From a virus: 64,000 nt of DNA. A program made the translations under genes and the position numbers. Each line of letters begins with the position of its first letter. Positions within the stretch are counted from its first letter, which is position 1. The stretch covers positions 1 to 64,000 of the IMG/VR virus record IMGVR_UViG_3300012971_000002, one strand, 5' to 3'. The notes beneath the pieces are model-generated. The model had not been told where the DNA came from and made no database searches. It was given only the letters and a program-made list of their open reading frames with translations. Shown here in pieces: positions 54,032-61,203 of the stretch.

Positions 54032-54214
54032 TCACAGTCTCCCTATCAGTTCGTTGTTTTCAAAGATCTCGATGAAGGAATAGCCGGTGCCTTTGGGATC
54101 GTGGTTTGGCCGGTATTCCCAGCCATCATTCCCGGCGTTCAGTTCGGCCGCTAGGGCTTCAGCCTTTTCCCTTGTCAGGAGTCTTGCCGGTTCGTTGATG
54201 ATCTTCTTTATCAC
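54032..54214 (-). CDS. hypothetical protein, predicted leaderless (GTG start)
   Basis: 60-aa ORF; GTG lies 5 nt after the -10 of cassette P2. Confidence 0.5.
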   Translation of the reverse strand: MIKKIINEPARLLTREKAEALAAELNAGNDGWEYRPNHDPKGTGYSFIEIFENNELIGRL

Positions 54215-54219
54215 AAGAA

Positions 54220-54261
54220 AGAATACTCCTAAACTTGGCGCTTGTCAACACCTATGTTTAA
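54220..54261 (-). promoter_or_regulatory. promoter cassette P2: TTAAACA-N6-TTGACA-N17-TATTCT-N5-GTG
   Basis: Minus strand; TAA stop of upstream gene embedded in TTAAACA in the same register as P3 and P4. Confidence 0.6.
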
Positions 54262-55292
54262 CCCCAAGCCACTGTGGCCAGTAGCTTTTTCTCTTGTGCC
54301 GCTTGTTTCTTCGCCAGTTTCGCTTTCGCTATTTCTTCTTCGGTCTGAGCCAGTGTGGCGCGTTTGAAGAAGCCGAACTTGGGATCATCCTTGCTCGCCG
54401 TAATCGTTGCGGTGAAGAAGACTTTATCGCCGCGGTCCACGTTGGCGAACCGGTTGCCGTAGATCTTGCTGCCATTCTCGAGTTTGATGAGAGCCTTGGT
54501 GTCAACTCCATCATCGTGGTAGTGGTAGGCTGGCCGATCCACTTCTTTGAGCGCCAGCACTTCGCCGGTCACTGTCACGCGGCCGGTAGGGACTGGGCCA
54601 GCCGCATCGGCTTCCGCTTTGCGCTGGGCTTCGATGATCGGCCGGTCTTGGATCTTTTGCAGAAGCTTGGCTACGAACTCCGCTTGTTTATCGCTGACGT
54701 TGCCATACTTCACTAGCTTGCCTACGATGTCGCGGATCGTGCGTTCTTCGAACCGGTCCCAATCGTGGAAGGCTTCAGCCTGTCCGCAATCGCATGTTCC
54801 CGGCATATAACCGGTGTAATCGTTGTAGACCGCTTTGCATCCTTCCGCGTGCTTCGGATATTCGGCCGTGTAGAGTTCCCAAGCGCCGATCAATCCCTTG
54901 TCAGCGAGAAGCGCGATGGCTTTCCGCTTGCCAGCTACCGCTTCGCGGGCATCGGCCACTTGCTTCCGGAACAGGTTCATTCCGTCCGCATCGTAGGAGA
55001 TCCCCATCTTCTGGGCGCAATTGACGCCCACCACGATGTATTCGTTGCTTTTCGCGTGATGGTAGAGAACCAAGTAGATGGCTTGGACGTTGCCACAGAT
55101 CCCGCAAGATCCGTTGCTGTAGTGACGAAGCTGGCCACCGGTGCGAGCCATGTGGGCTTTGGCTAGTTCGCGCTGGTGGAGCATGAAGTGGCAATCCCCG
55201 ATCCCGGTGATGTTCATCGTCCAGATGGCCACTTCCTGATAGTCTTCAGGGATGATGGCGCTGGGGCGGTGGATGTCGGTGCGTTCGTTCAC
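54258..55292 (-). CDS. hypothetical protein with Cys cluster
   Basis: 344 aa from GTG 55292 (GTGA overlap with upstream stop); NGSCGICGN...C...CDCG; no family recognised. Confidence 0.6.
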   Translation of the reverse strand: MNERTDIHRPSAIIPEDYQEVAIWTMNITGIGDCHFMLHQRELAKAHMARTGGQLRHYSNGSCGICGNVQAIYLVLYHHAKSNEYIVVGVNCAQKMGISYDADGMNLFRKQVADAREAVAGKRKAIALLADKGLIGAWELYTAEYPKHAEGCKAVYNDYTGYMPGTCDCGQAEAFHDWDRFEERTIRDIVGKLVKYGNVSDKQAEFVAKLLQKIQDRPIIEAQRKAEADAAGPVPTGRVTVTGEVLALKEVDRPAYHYHDDGVDTKALIKLENGSKIYGNRFANVDRGDKVFFTATITASKDDPKFGFFKRATLAQTEEEIAKAKLAKKQAAQEKKLLATVAWG

Positions 55293-55507
55293 AGTGCCAC
55301 TCCCAGAACGTATGTCTCCATACTGTAGAAGCCTTGGGGATTGTCGAAGTACTGACGGATGACTTGCTTGCCGAAGACTTCCTCTACCAGCCACTCACCC
55401 TTCCAGACTTCATTCAGGTTGGCCAGCGGTTTGACGGTTCCCAGAAAGTTATGGACGGCGTTGAATCCCTTGGCGGCGGCTACTTTCTTTGCATTCTCAA
55501 GAGTCAT
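55289..55507 (-). CDS. hypothetical protein, first gene of leftward operon
   Basis: 72-aa ORF with AGGAGA SD downstream of cassette P1. Confidence 0.55.
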   Translation of the reverse strand: MTLENAKKVAAAKGFNAVHNFLGTVKPLANLNEVWKGEWLVEEVFGKQVIRQYFDNPQGFYSMETYVLGVAL

Positions 55508-55530
55508 TTGGTATCTCCTGATTACATTTC

Positions 55531-55572
55531 ATTATGGGCTTAAAGCCGTCCGTTGTCAACATATATGTTTAA
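55531..55572 (-). promoter_or_regulatory. promoter cassette P1: TTAAACA-N6-TTGACA-N17-CATAAT
   Basis: Minus strand, in the divergent control region; the N6 plus flanks form the perfect palindrome AACATATATGTT. Confidence 0.6.
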
Positions 55573-55586
55573 TAGTACGGAAGTAC
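55571..55586. promoter_or_regulatory. operator-like 16-mer AATAGTACGGAAGTAC (copy 2 of 2)
   Basis: Lies between the divergent -35 elements; identical to 24814-24829. Confidence 0.45.
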
Positions 55587-55588
55587 CA

Positions 55589-55631
55589 GTCAACCGGCAG
55601 GTTGACAACTGGCATAGCAAAGGCGTACAGT
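55589..55631 (+). promoter_or_regulatory. candidate rightward promoter with overlapping inverted repeat
   Basis: TTGACA (55602-55607)-N18-TACAGT, ATG 7 nt later; GTCAACC-GGCA-GGTTGAC inverted repeat covers the -35. Confidence 0.5.
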
Positions 55632-55638
55632 CCGGACC

Positions 55639-55812
55639 ATGAAACCTATCACTCTGGAAGAAGCTGTAAAGAAGGCCGGTGGCGCTCGCAAGGTAGCGGA
55701 AGCCATCGGTGTATCCGTGCAAGCCGTTTACCGCGTCATCAAAGGGGACTTCCATCCCAGCGATGAACTACTGAAGTACGTCAAACTCAAGCGCGTCTAC
55801 GTTTGGCGATGA
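55639..55812 (+). CDS. Cro/YdaS-like HTH protein (57 aa, below track cutoff)
   Basis: Hand-translated MKPITLEEAVKKAGGARKVAEAIGVSVQAVYRVIKGDFHPSDELLKYVKLKRVYVWR; HTH AEAIGVSVQAVYRV; divergent from leftward operon. Confidence 0.6.
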   Translation: MKPITLEEAVKKAGGARKVAEAIGVSVQAVYRVIKGDFHPSDELLKYVKLKRVYVWR

Positions 55813-55904
55813 GAACTCACTCGCAAGAAGTTGTGTTGCGTGGCTTCAAGATCCTTGCGTGGCTTGTGGGGATCATTCTTTTGATGGCGTGGGCGAACCG
55901 ATGA
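55809..55904 (+). CDS. possible 31-aa membrane micro-protein
   Basis: MRTHSQEVVLRGFKILAWLVGIILLMAWANR; ATGA overlaps at both ends; could be coincidental. Confidence 0.3.
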   Translation: MRTHSQEVVLRGFKILAWLVGIILLMAWANR

Positions 55905-56128
55905 AAACTTTTCGGATCTTACGCGAAGGCAAAGAAGTTGCTCGAGTGACCGCGGAGAATTTGGAGTTCTCCAAAGTGAGCAAGCTGAACAGCAAGACCA
56001 TGGAAACGGAACGGGTGGATGACCGGTTCCTGTTCAAGATGGTGGATCCGGAAGACAAAGATGCGGTCTTCGTGGTGGCGCTGTCGCACAAGAAAGATCT
56101 AATGGTGGTGGAAGATGAGTCCGCTTAA
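55901..56128 (+). CDS. hypothetical protein
   Basis: 75 aa from ATG 55901 inside track ORF 55859-56128. Confidence 0.5.
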   Translation: MKTFRILREGKEVARVTAENLEFSKVSKLNSKTMETERVDDRFLFKMVDPEDKDAVFVVALSHKKDLMVVEDESA

Positions 56129-56291
56129 AAAAGTTCTTCGGTATATCCGCACACCACTTCCCAAGAAGTGGTCATTCGGCCATCCGCACGCGAGTAGCGT
56201 GGAACTGATCTTGGAATGCGGACATAGTAAGTTTCAAAAAGGTGCGGTGAAGATTCCGATCAAAGCACGGTGCCGGGATTGTCTTATTTAG
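56115..56291 (+). CDS. small hypothetical His/Cys protein (58 aa, below track cutoff)
   Basis: Hand-translated MSPLKKVLRYIRTPLPKKWSFGHPHASSVELILECGHSKFQKGAVKIPIKARCRDCLI; overlaps upstream stop by 14 nt. Confidence 0.4.
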   Translation: MSPLKKVLRYIRTPLPKKWSFGHPHASSVELILECGHSKFQKGAVKIPIKARCRDCLI

Positions 56292-56481
56292 GATTCTTCA
56301 AGCGCCAGTACGCCGCTTGCCTAGAGATCCCGAGTTTCTTGGCCAGCACGTTGGCTTCGCTGACGTGACCAGCCCACCGGCTCTTGGCACCGGCGCGGCC
56401 GTTGCGTTGGTTCTTTCGGCGAGCCAGTTCCCGGCATTGCTTGCATCGCGTTCTCTTGTGGCGTAGACACTTGCGAACCAT
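56284..56481 (-). CDS. small basic HTH protein in antisense orientation to its block
   Basis: 65 aa from internal ATG; C-terminal EANVLAKKLGISRQAAYWRLKN is HTH-like; TTGAAG-N18-TAGATT-N8-ATG upstream. Confidence 0.45.
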   Translation of the reverse strand: MVRKCLRHKRTRCKQCRELARRKNQRNGRAGAKSRWAGHVSEANVLAKKLGISRQAAYWRLKNPK

Positions 56482-56499
56482 GGAAAGGTAATCTAGCAA

Positions 56500-56919
56500 A
56501 TGGGACTCTATAACTTCAAGCAACGCTTCGCGCCATTCATTCTGGACGGCCGGAAACAACACACGATCCGGAAGGATCGGCTCGATGGCCATGTGGACAC
56601 TCCGGGCTTAGATATTTGCCATTGCTTCGTGGGACTCCGCACGAAGAAGTCTATCCTTCTGGGCCGATGGCCATGTCACAAGGTGGACCGGATCATCGTC
56701 CTGAATATGGATCCCAATTCTCCGCTCGTTCCGCGCAACACCGTGATCCGCGTGAACGATGAGAAGCTGACGGAAGACGAATGCGAACGGCTTGCTCGAG
56801 CCGATGGCTTCAAAGACTTCACGGAGTTCGTTTCTTTCTGGCGGGCAGAGCACAAGTTTCCGTTCTCCGGCCACATCATTCACTGGAAGTTTGAGAAAGG
56901 AAAAAATGAGCGAAGCTGA
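56500..56919 (+). CDS. ASCH domain-like protein
   Basis: 139 aa; FKQRFAPFILDGRKQHTIRK N-terminus and size fit the ASCH/PUA-like pattern. Confidence 0.6.
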   Translation: MGLYNFKQRFAPFILDGRKQHTIRKDRLDGHVDTPGLDICHCFVGLRTKKSILLGRWPCHKVDRIIVLNMDPNSPLVPRNTVIRVNDEKLTEDECERLARADGFKDFTEFVSFWRAEHKFPFSGHIIHWKFEKGKNERS

Positions 56920-57373
56920 TCTGGATAAAAGCATCGAGGAATTACCAATCTCTGTCCGAACCTACAATTGCCTGAAAGCTGCAAACTTATTGACGATCCG
57001 AAGCGTTGTGCTGAAGACTCGGAAAGAACTCCGTGAATACAGAAACTTCGGGAGAAAAAGCGTATTGGAATTAGAAGAAGAACTGGCGCGGATCGGCTTG
57101 TGTCTCTCTAAAAAACCAATGCACCGTTTCCATGTCACTACAAACCGCGAAGTTGGGGAACCAATTCTTGAACTGAGAGACAGAGAACAAGAAGCTGGCC
57201 ACACACTTATTGCAGAGTTCTATCCATCGGAAGCGTGGAATGCTCACCACGAGATCTTGAAGTTGGCCGCATCTTTGAATGGCATGGTGATGCCAAATGT
57301 AAGCGTCGCGAACGGAATGCGCTTGGAAGAACTCGAGCGCCGTGTTCATAAATTGGAGAAAATGATTCGATGA
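56906..57373 (+). CDS. RNA polymerase alpha subunit C-terminal domain (alpha-CTD) homologue fused to an unknown helical domain
   Basis: 155 aa; IEELPISVRTYNCLKAANLLTIRSVVLKTRKELREYRNFGRKSVLELEEELARIGLCL aligns by eye with E. coli [57 protein letters not shown]. Confidence 0.8.
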   Translation: MSEADLDKSIEELPISVRTYNCLKAANLLTIRSVVLKTRKELREYRNFGRKSVLELEEELARIGLCLSKKPMHRFHVTTNREVGEPILELRDREQEAGHTLIAEFYPSEAWNAHHEILKLAASLNGMVMPNVSVANGMRLEELERRVHKLEKMIR

Positions 57374-57864
57374 AACTTCATCCCGCACGGATCTTTGTTG
57401 GCGCGGCCGGTAGAGTCACGGAATGTCTACTGGAACTCGAGCCTTCGGATCCACCAGATGTCAAAGGATCCCTTGCCTCTTGGTTCTGTCAGTGTCCGGG
57501 CCAATCCGTAGCATGGCAGCACTACTCACTTACCATGATCCATCTTCGGCCGATTGAAGGCGTCAAGCCACCGATCATTAGACGGCAAGGCGCAACGCAT
57601 GAAGTCATGCTGTACGCGCTCGATCCCAAGCCGAATCCGGTTCCCGAAGATCTCAACACTTGGCACTTCTTGCGGCCGGTGAACTATGTGGGACAGATGA
57701 CACTTCCATCCGATCAAGCCGCGGTAGATTGTCTCTATCATCTTGCCCGCGGTGTTGCAGATGGATTGATCTGGGCTGAACCACCGCTATCCGGCCGAAC
57801 TCAAGAATGGGATCACCAGCTTCGCCAACTCGAAGACCATGCGGCTGGAAAGCACGCGAACTGA
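57370..57864 (+). CDS. hypothetical protein
   Basis: 164-aa ORF, ATGA overlap with upstream gene. Confidence 0.55.
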   Translation: MKLHPARIFVGAAGRVTECLLELEPSDPPDVKGSLASWFCQCPGQSVAWQHYSLTMIHLRPIEGVKPPIIRRQGATHEVMLYALDPKPNPVPEDLNTWHFLRPVNYVGQMTLPSDQAAVDCLYHLARGVADGLIWAEPPLSGRTQEWDHQLRQLEDHAAGKHAN

Positions 57865-57867
57865 ACC

Positions 57868-58140
57868 ATGGCATATTGCGTAAAAGTGGATCTTGGCGAC
57901 GGCACTACGGCATTCGTGCGGATGAGCGGATCCCGGCCGAAACGACAGAAGTGCGCGTGGTGCGATAAAGACGGAACCAAGCTTTGTGACTACCGGCTTT
58001 CACCAAACGCACGCAGATCTCAAACTTGCGATGCGCCCATGTGTGACGATCACGCGAAGAACATAGGACCAAACCGGGATCTCTGTCCGAATCACGCGAA
58101 CCGGCCGGAACAAAAAAGCTTAGGTCTAGTACCTGAATAA
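57868..58140 (+). CDS. hypothetical Cys-rich protein
   Basis: 90 aa; CAWCDK...C...CDAPMCDDH...CPNH. Confidence 0.55.
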   Translation: MAYCVKVDLGDGTTAFVRMSGSRPKRQKCAWCDKDGTKLCDYRLSPNARRSQTCDAPMCDDHAKNIGPNRDLCPNHANRPEQKSLGLVPE

Positions 58141-58178
58141 CACCGTTCACAATCCTGAAGGAAAAAGAGGCAGAACCA

Positions 58179-58424
58179 ATGTGTAGACACTGCGAGAGAT
58201 TGGTAGAAGACGCTGAACACAAGCAAGTTGTGCATGACTTCATGGCCATTCTCACGGCCGGGATCAATCGCAAACTCGGAGAACTCCATGCCGGTTTCAC
58301 TGTCACCGTGGATGAAGTGGAGTTCAATGCGACGATGCCGAACAAGAACGCACCAATTCCTCAAGCAACCCATCCGGCCGTGCTGCGTTTGCTTTACCGG
58401 GATTTACTTGATTCCGTGAAGTGA
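58179..58424 (+). CDS. hypothetical protein
   Basis: 81-aa ORF in + gene train. Confidence 0.5.
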   Translation: MCRHCERLVEDAEHKQVVHDFMAILTAGINRKLGELHAGFTVTVDEVEFNATMPNKNAPIPQATHPAVLRLLYRDLLDSVK

Positions 58425-58454
58425 TGTAATCTCTTCCCATCGGGTATCGTCACT

Positions 58455-58970
58455 GTGGCTAAAAAGAAGAAGCTTGCACCGCGAGCGCGGAAATTCGTCA
58501 AAGCTTTAGCTAAAGGCATGTCACAAAAGGATGCTGCTATCGCGGCCGGTTATCCCCCCAAAAATGCCCGCCAATCTGCCTACCAAGTCATGCAAGCTGT
58601 TCAATCCAAGATGCCGGATATTATGAACCGGTACGGTCTCACCGATGAAATTCTGATAGACAAGTATTTACTCCCTTTGATGAATGCCAAGGAAACGAAG
58701 TTTTTCCCGTTTCGCAAAGAAGAAACAAAGACCATCAAGATCGGCAAGAAAGAAAAATTGGTCACAGAAACGGTTCAAGTGATCGAGAAGCGTGAAGTCA
58801 CCGCATGGGGCGCACGCCGGGATGGACTGGATTTGGCCTTCCGCGTCAAGGGATCCTTCTCACCGAAGACGGAAGAAGAAGCGCGTGTCACTCAGCAATT
58901 CACTGGGCCAACCGTAATCGTGCTCGATCTCCCGCGGCCGAAGCGGCCGGTGCAAAGTGAAAGCGCGTAA
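58455..58970 (+). CDS. terS: terminase small subunit-like protein
   Basis: 171 aa, GTG start; RKFVKALAKGMSQKDAAIAAGYPPKNARQSAYQVMQ matches the Terminase_2-type N-terminal HTH; later RRDGLDLAFRVKGSF. Confidence 0.65.
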   Translation: MAKKKKLAPRARKFVKALAKGMSQKDAAIAAGYPPKNARQSAYQVMQAVQSKMPDIMNRYGLTDEILIDKYLLPLMNAKETKFFPFRKEETKTIKIGKKEKLVTETVQVIEKREVTAWGARRDGLDLAFRVKGSFSPKTEEEARVTQQFTGPTVIVLDLPRPKRPVQSESA

Positions 58971-58984
58971 CGCATACAATTGAG

Positions 58985-59030
58985 TTGACAGACGTAAAGA
59001 CAGCGAATACATTAACAACTGTAAAGACAG
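58985..59030 (+). promoter_or_regulatory. candidate promoter TTGACA-N17-TACATT with two GTAAAGACAG direct repeats
   Basis: Repeats at 58994-59003 (in spacer) and 59021-59030 (abutting the ATG of the RHH gene). Confidence 0.5.
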
Positions 59031-59501
59031 ATGAGCACAACTCTGATAAACCTTCGCGTGCCGGATACGGACGTGAGCGGATGGCGCAAAGAAGCGGATC
59101 TATCAGGTCTAACTCTGTCGGAATGGATCCGTCGCAAGTGTAACGATTCGAAGATTCCGGTTGCCAGCCCGGAAAGTGTAAATGGAAATGGGACGCAAAC
59201 TGATTCGACATCCTTACGGGTACGAAGAGATCCTGATCGTGGATCTCGCGGTGGTACGTCCACACGATCTTCCGCACGAAACAAAAATGCTGCCGGGGAT
59301 TCTGAAGTGGAACGAAATGATGCGCCGAATGGTGGAAATCGAAACGCGAGTCCTTCGGGAAGAGATGGAACGACTAAGACAGTCGCGCCTGAACTGGATC
59401 GGCAGCGGCATGTTCAGGATTCCAATGCGAATCGTGGCCGAGCCTGTCCGCACGGCATAAAGAAAGGCTATCGCTGTACGTTGTGTGGAGGGATTGTTTG
59501 A
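59031..59501 (+). CDS. ribbon-helix-helix (CopG/Arc-like) protein with low-complexity middle and C-terminal Cys knuckle
   Basis: 156 aa; INLRVPDTDVSGWRKEADLSGLTLSEWIRRK fits RHH; ends CPHGIKKGYRCTLCGG; next gene starts 1 nt after its stop; competing ORF 59182-59460 in another frame. Confidence 0.5.
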   Translation: MSTTLINLRVPDTDVSGWRKEADLSGLTLSEWIRRKCNDSKIPVASPESVNGNGTQTDSTSLRVRRDPDRGSRGGTSTRSSARNKNAAGDSEVERNDAPNGGNRNASPSGRDGTTKTVAPELDRQRHVQDSNANRGRACPHGIKKGYRCTLCGGIV

Positions 59502-59502
59502 A

Positions 59503-59691
59503 ATGATTCCTGTCTCAAATGCCGATAAACTTCGAATTGGTTTTGCTTTCGAATTGATCCGACAAGGAAATACGGTCACTGTTCTCAGTCTTTCGGAAAT
59601 GGAAGGAATAGTTCTCCGTGCTCTTGAGGGTGAATTTGACAGAGATATTTTGATTGGCCCATCAAGAACACCACTATCGGACATCAAATAA
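59503..59691 (+). CDS. hypothetical protein
   Basis: 62 aa from ATG 59503, GGAGGGA 9 nt upstream. Confidence 0.5.
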   Translation: MIPVSNADKLRIGFAFELIRQGNTVTVLSLSEMEGIVLRALEGEFDRDILIGPSRTPLSDIK

Positions 59692-60002
59692 TGCCCACAC
59701 TCTGGCACCAATCCGGAGTAAATAAAGATGGCGAACCATTTGTCCATCTGTTTATGGATGACAAGCCACTAGGTCAGTTCACGCCGGAAGAAGCGCGAGA
59801 TCACGCGAAGAATATGCTCGAAGCAACCGAAGCGGCCGAACAGGATGCGTTCCTGTTCCACTTCTTTATGAAGGAACTAAAAGCGCCGGTTGAGCACGCG
59901 ATGGGCATCATCGTAGAGTTCCGGAAGTTCCGCGAAGCGCGTGGGAAGAAGGGACCGCCTTCGGATCGAAGTGAGTTCATGGATCCGAACAAGATGAAGT
60001 AG
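59691..60002 (+). CDS. hypothetical protein
   Basis: 103-aa ORF, TAATG overlap. Confidence 0.55.
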   Translation: MPTLWHQSGVNKDGEPFVHLFMDDKPLGQFTPEEARDHAKNMLEATEAAEQDAFLFHFFMKELKAPVEHAMGIIVEFRKFREARGKKGPPSDRSEFMDPNKMK

Positions 60003-60100
60003 TCTCCGAACGAATTTCCGTGTACTTACACCCCACACGGAATTGGAAGAGTGAGCAACTGGGTGAGACCGCTGTTCACTCTTTCAAGTTTAGGAACGTG

Positions 60101-60232
60101 ATGCGACATAAGGGACATAGAGATCTATCCATGGACATGGGTTGTCTTGCCATGTTTTTGCTGTTCTCCGTGGTAGGTTTCGTGTGCCTTGTCGCGCTGG
60201 TACATCACATCTTGAAGGATGGTGGCTTATGA
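60101..60232 (+). CDS. possible small membrane protein (43 aa)
   Basis: ATG after AGGAACG; hydrophobic LAMFLLFSVVGFVCLVALV; track ORF begins earlier at GTG 60020. Confidence 0.35.
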   Translation: MRHKGHRDLSMDMGCLAMFLLFSVVGFVCLVALVHHILKDGGL

Positions 60233-60609
60233 AAGTTCGCAGACTCGCAACGCTCGCGGAAGCCTACCAATGGTTCAAGAACGGAGATCATCCGGATGAC
60301 TTCTTGAAAGATACTCAAGGCTTCGAGAATGGAGAATTGCGAGTGTTCACCGGCGCGGAACGTAAAGCCCGCGACTGGGAAGGATCTGTCGTTCGTTATT
60401 TCCGGCGTCCGGATATAGACGGCGAATCACTTCACGGCGAAATGGGTATGAACAACGGTTGCGGTTGCAAGATGAACGATCACGGATGGATAGATGATGG
60501 TGGCAATGGCCAAATGGTTTGTCCCGGCGATTGGATCGTGAAAGAGCACGGCCGGTACTTGGTTTTGCATCCATTTGAGATGACTTCCAGTTTCGAAACG
60601 GTGAACTGA
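60229..60609 (+). CDS. hypothetical protein
   Basis: 126 aa from ATG forming an ATGA overlap with upstream stop. Confidence 0.55.
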   Translation: MKVRRLATLAEAYQWFKNGDHPDDFLKDTQGFENGELRVFTGAERKARDWEGSVVRYFRRPDIDGESLHGEMGMNNGCGCKMNDHGWIDDGGNGQMVCPGDWIVKEHGRYLVLHPFEMTSSFETVN

Positions 60610-60610
60610 A

Positions 60611-60982
60611 GTGACGCAAGGTGATCTCTTCCCGAAGCCGAAGCTGGATCCTAAGTGGAAAGTTCGGGATGACTTTCCAAAGCGGAATGACTTCAAAGAC
60701 ATCACAGCCAATCGGCATGGCGGTAATCCGGAAAGCCAAGAGGCGAACGTCTCCATCGCCAAGAACAAAGAAGCGGTTCGCATGGAAGTCTTTGAGTGGG
60801 CCAAGAAGCAAGGATCCAAAGGAATAACCGCGGATGAAACCGCGGCACACTTCAATTGCACCCACAATCACGTTGCGCCACGCATCGCTGAACTGAAGGC
60901 GATGAAAGTCTTGGTGAGATCTGGCGAACGAAGAAAAACGCGCACCGGCCGAATGGCCGCGGTCTTAGTGGTGAAGCAATGA
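60611..60982 (+). CDS. winged-helix DNA-binding protein candidate
   Basis: 123 aa, GTG start; GITADETAAHFNCTHNHVAPRIAELKAMKVLVRSGERRKT fits HTH plus wing. Confidence 0.5.
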   Translation: MTQGDLFPKPKLDPKWKVRDDFPKRNDFKDITANRHGGNPESQEANVSIAKNKEAVRMEVFEWAKKQGSKGITADETAAHFNCTHNHVAPRIAELKAMKVLVRSGERRKTRTGRMAAVLVVKQ

Positions 60983-61203
60983 AGCGGCCGAAGTTCAAAG
61001 TTGGACAGGTTGTGAGTTATCGCGGAGACCGGCGCACACGTCGCACAATCACGGCCAGATATTGGGATCCCAGCTACCCAGCTTGGCGCTATCGTTTCAC
61101 GGAACCGGGAATGAGCCGTCAATTCCAAGCGGTGTGGGCTGTTGTGGAATCTGAACTTCGCGCTGTAAGTAGCAAGGGAAGGAGAGTAGCGAATGAAGAT
61201 TAG
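60979..61203 (+). CDS. hypothetical protein
   Basis: 74-aa ORF, ATGA overlap. Confidence 0.5.
   Translation: MKRPKFKVGQVVSYRGDRRTRRTITARYWDPSYPAWRYRFTEPGMSRQFQAVWAVVESELRAVSSKGRRVANED

Noticed and set aside
58455-58970. Small terminase gene not followed by a large terminase
   Set aside because: This is probably a window-edge or genome-permutation effect, since the window starts just upstream of the portal region. It is not treated as an anomaly without the rest of the genome.
59182-59460. 92-aa alternative-frame ORF inside the RHH gene
   Set aside because: It is not called as a feature. There is no RBS, and the RHH frame is supported at both ends (RHH motif, Cys knuckle, coupling to the next gene). 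It is kept only as an open question in the findings.
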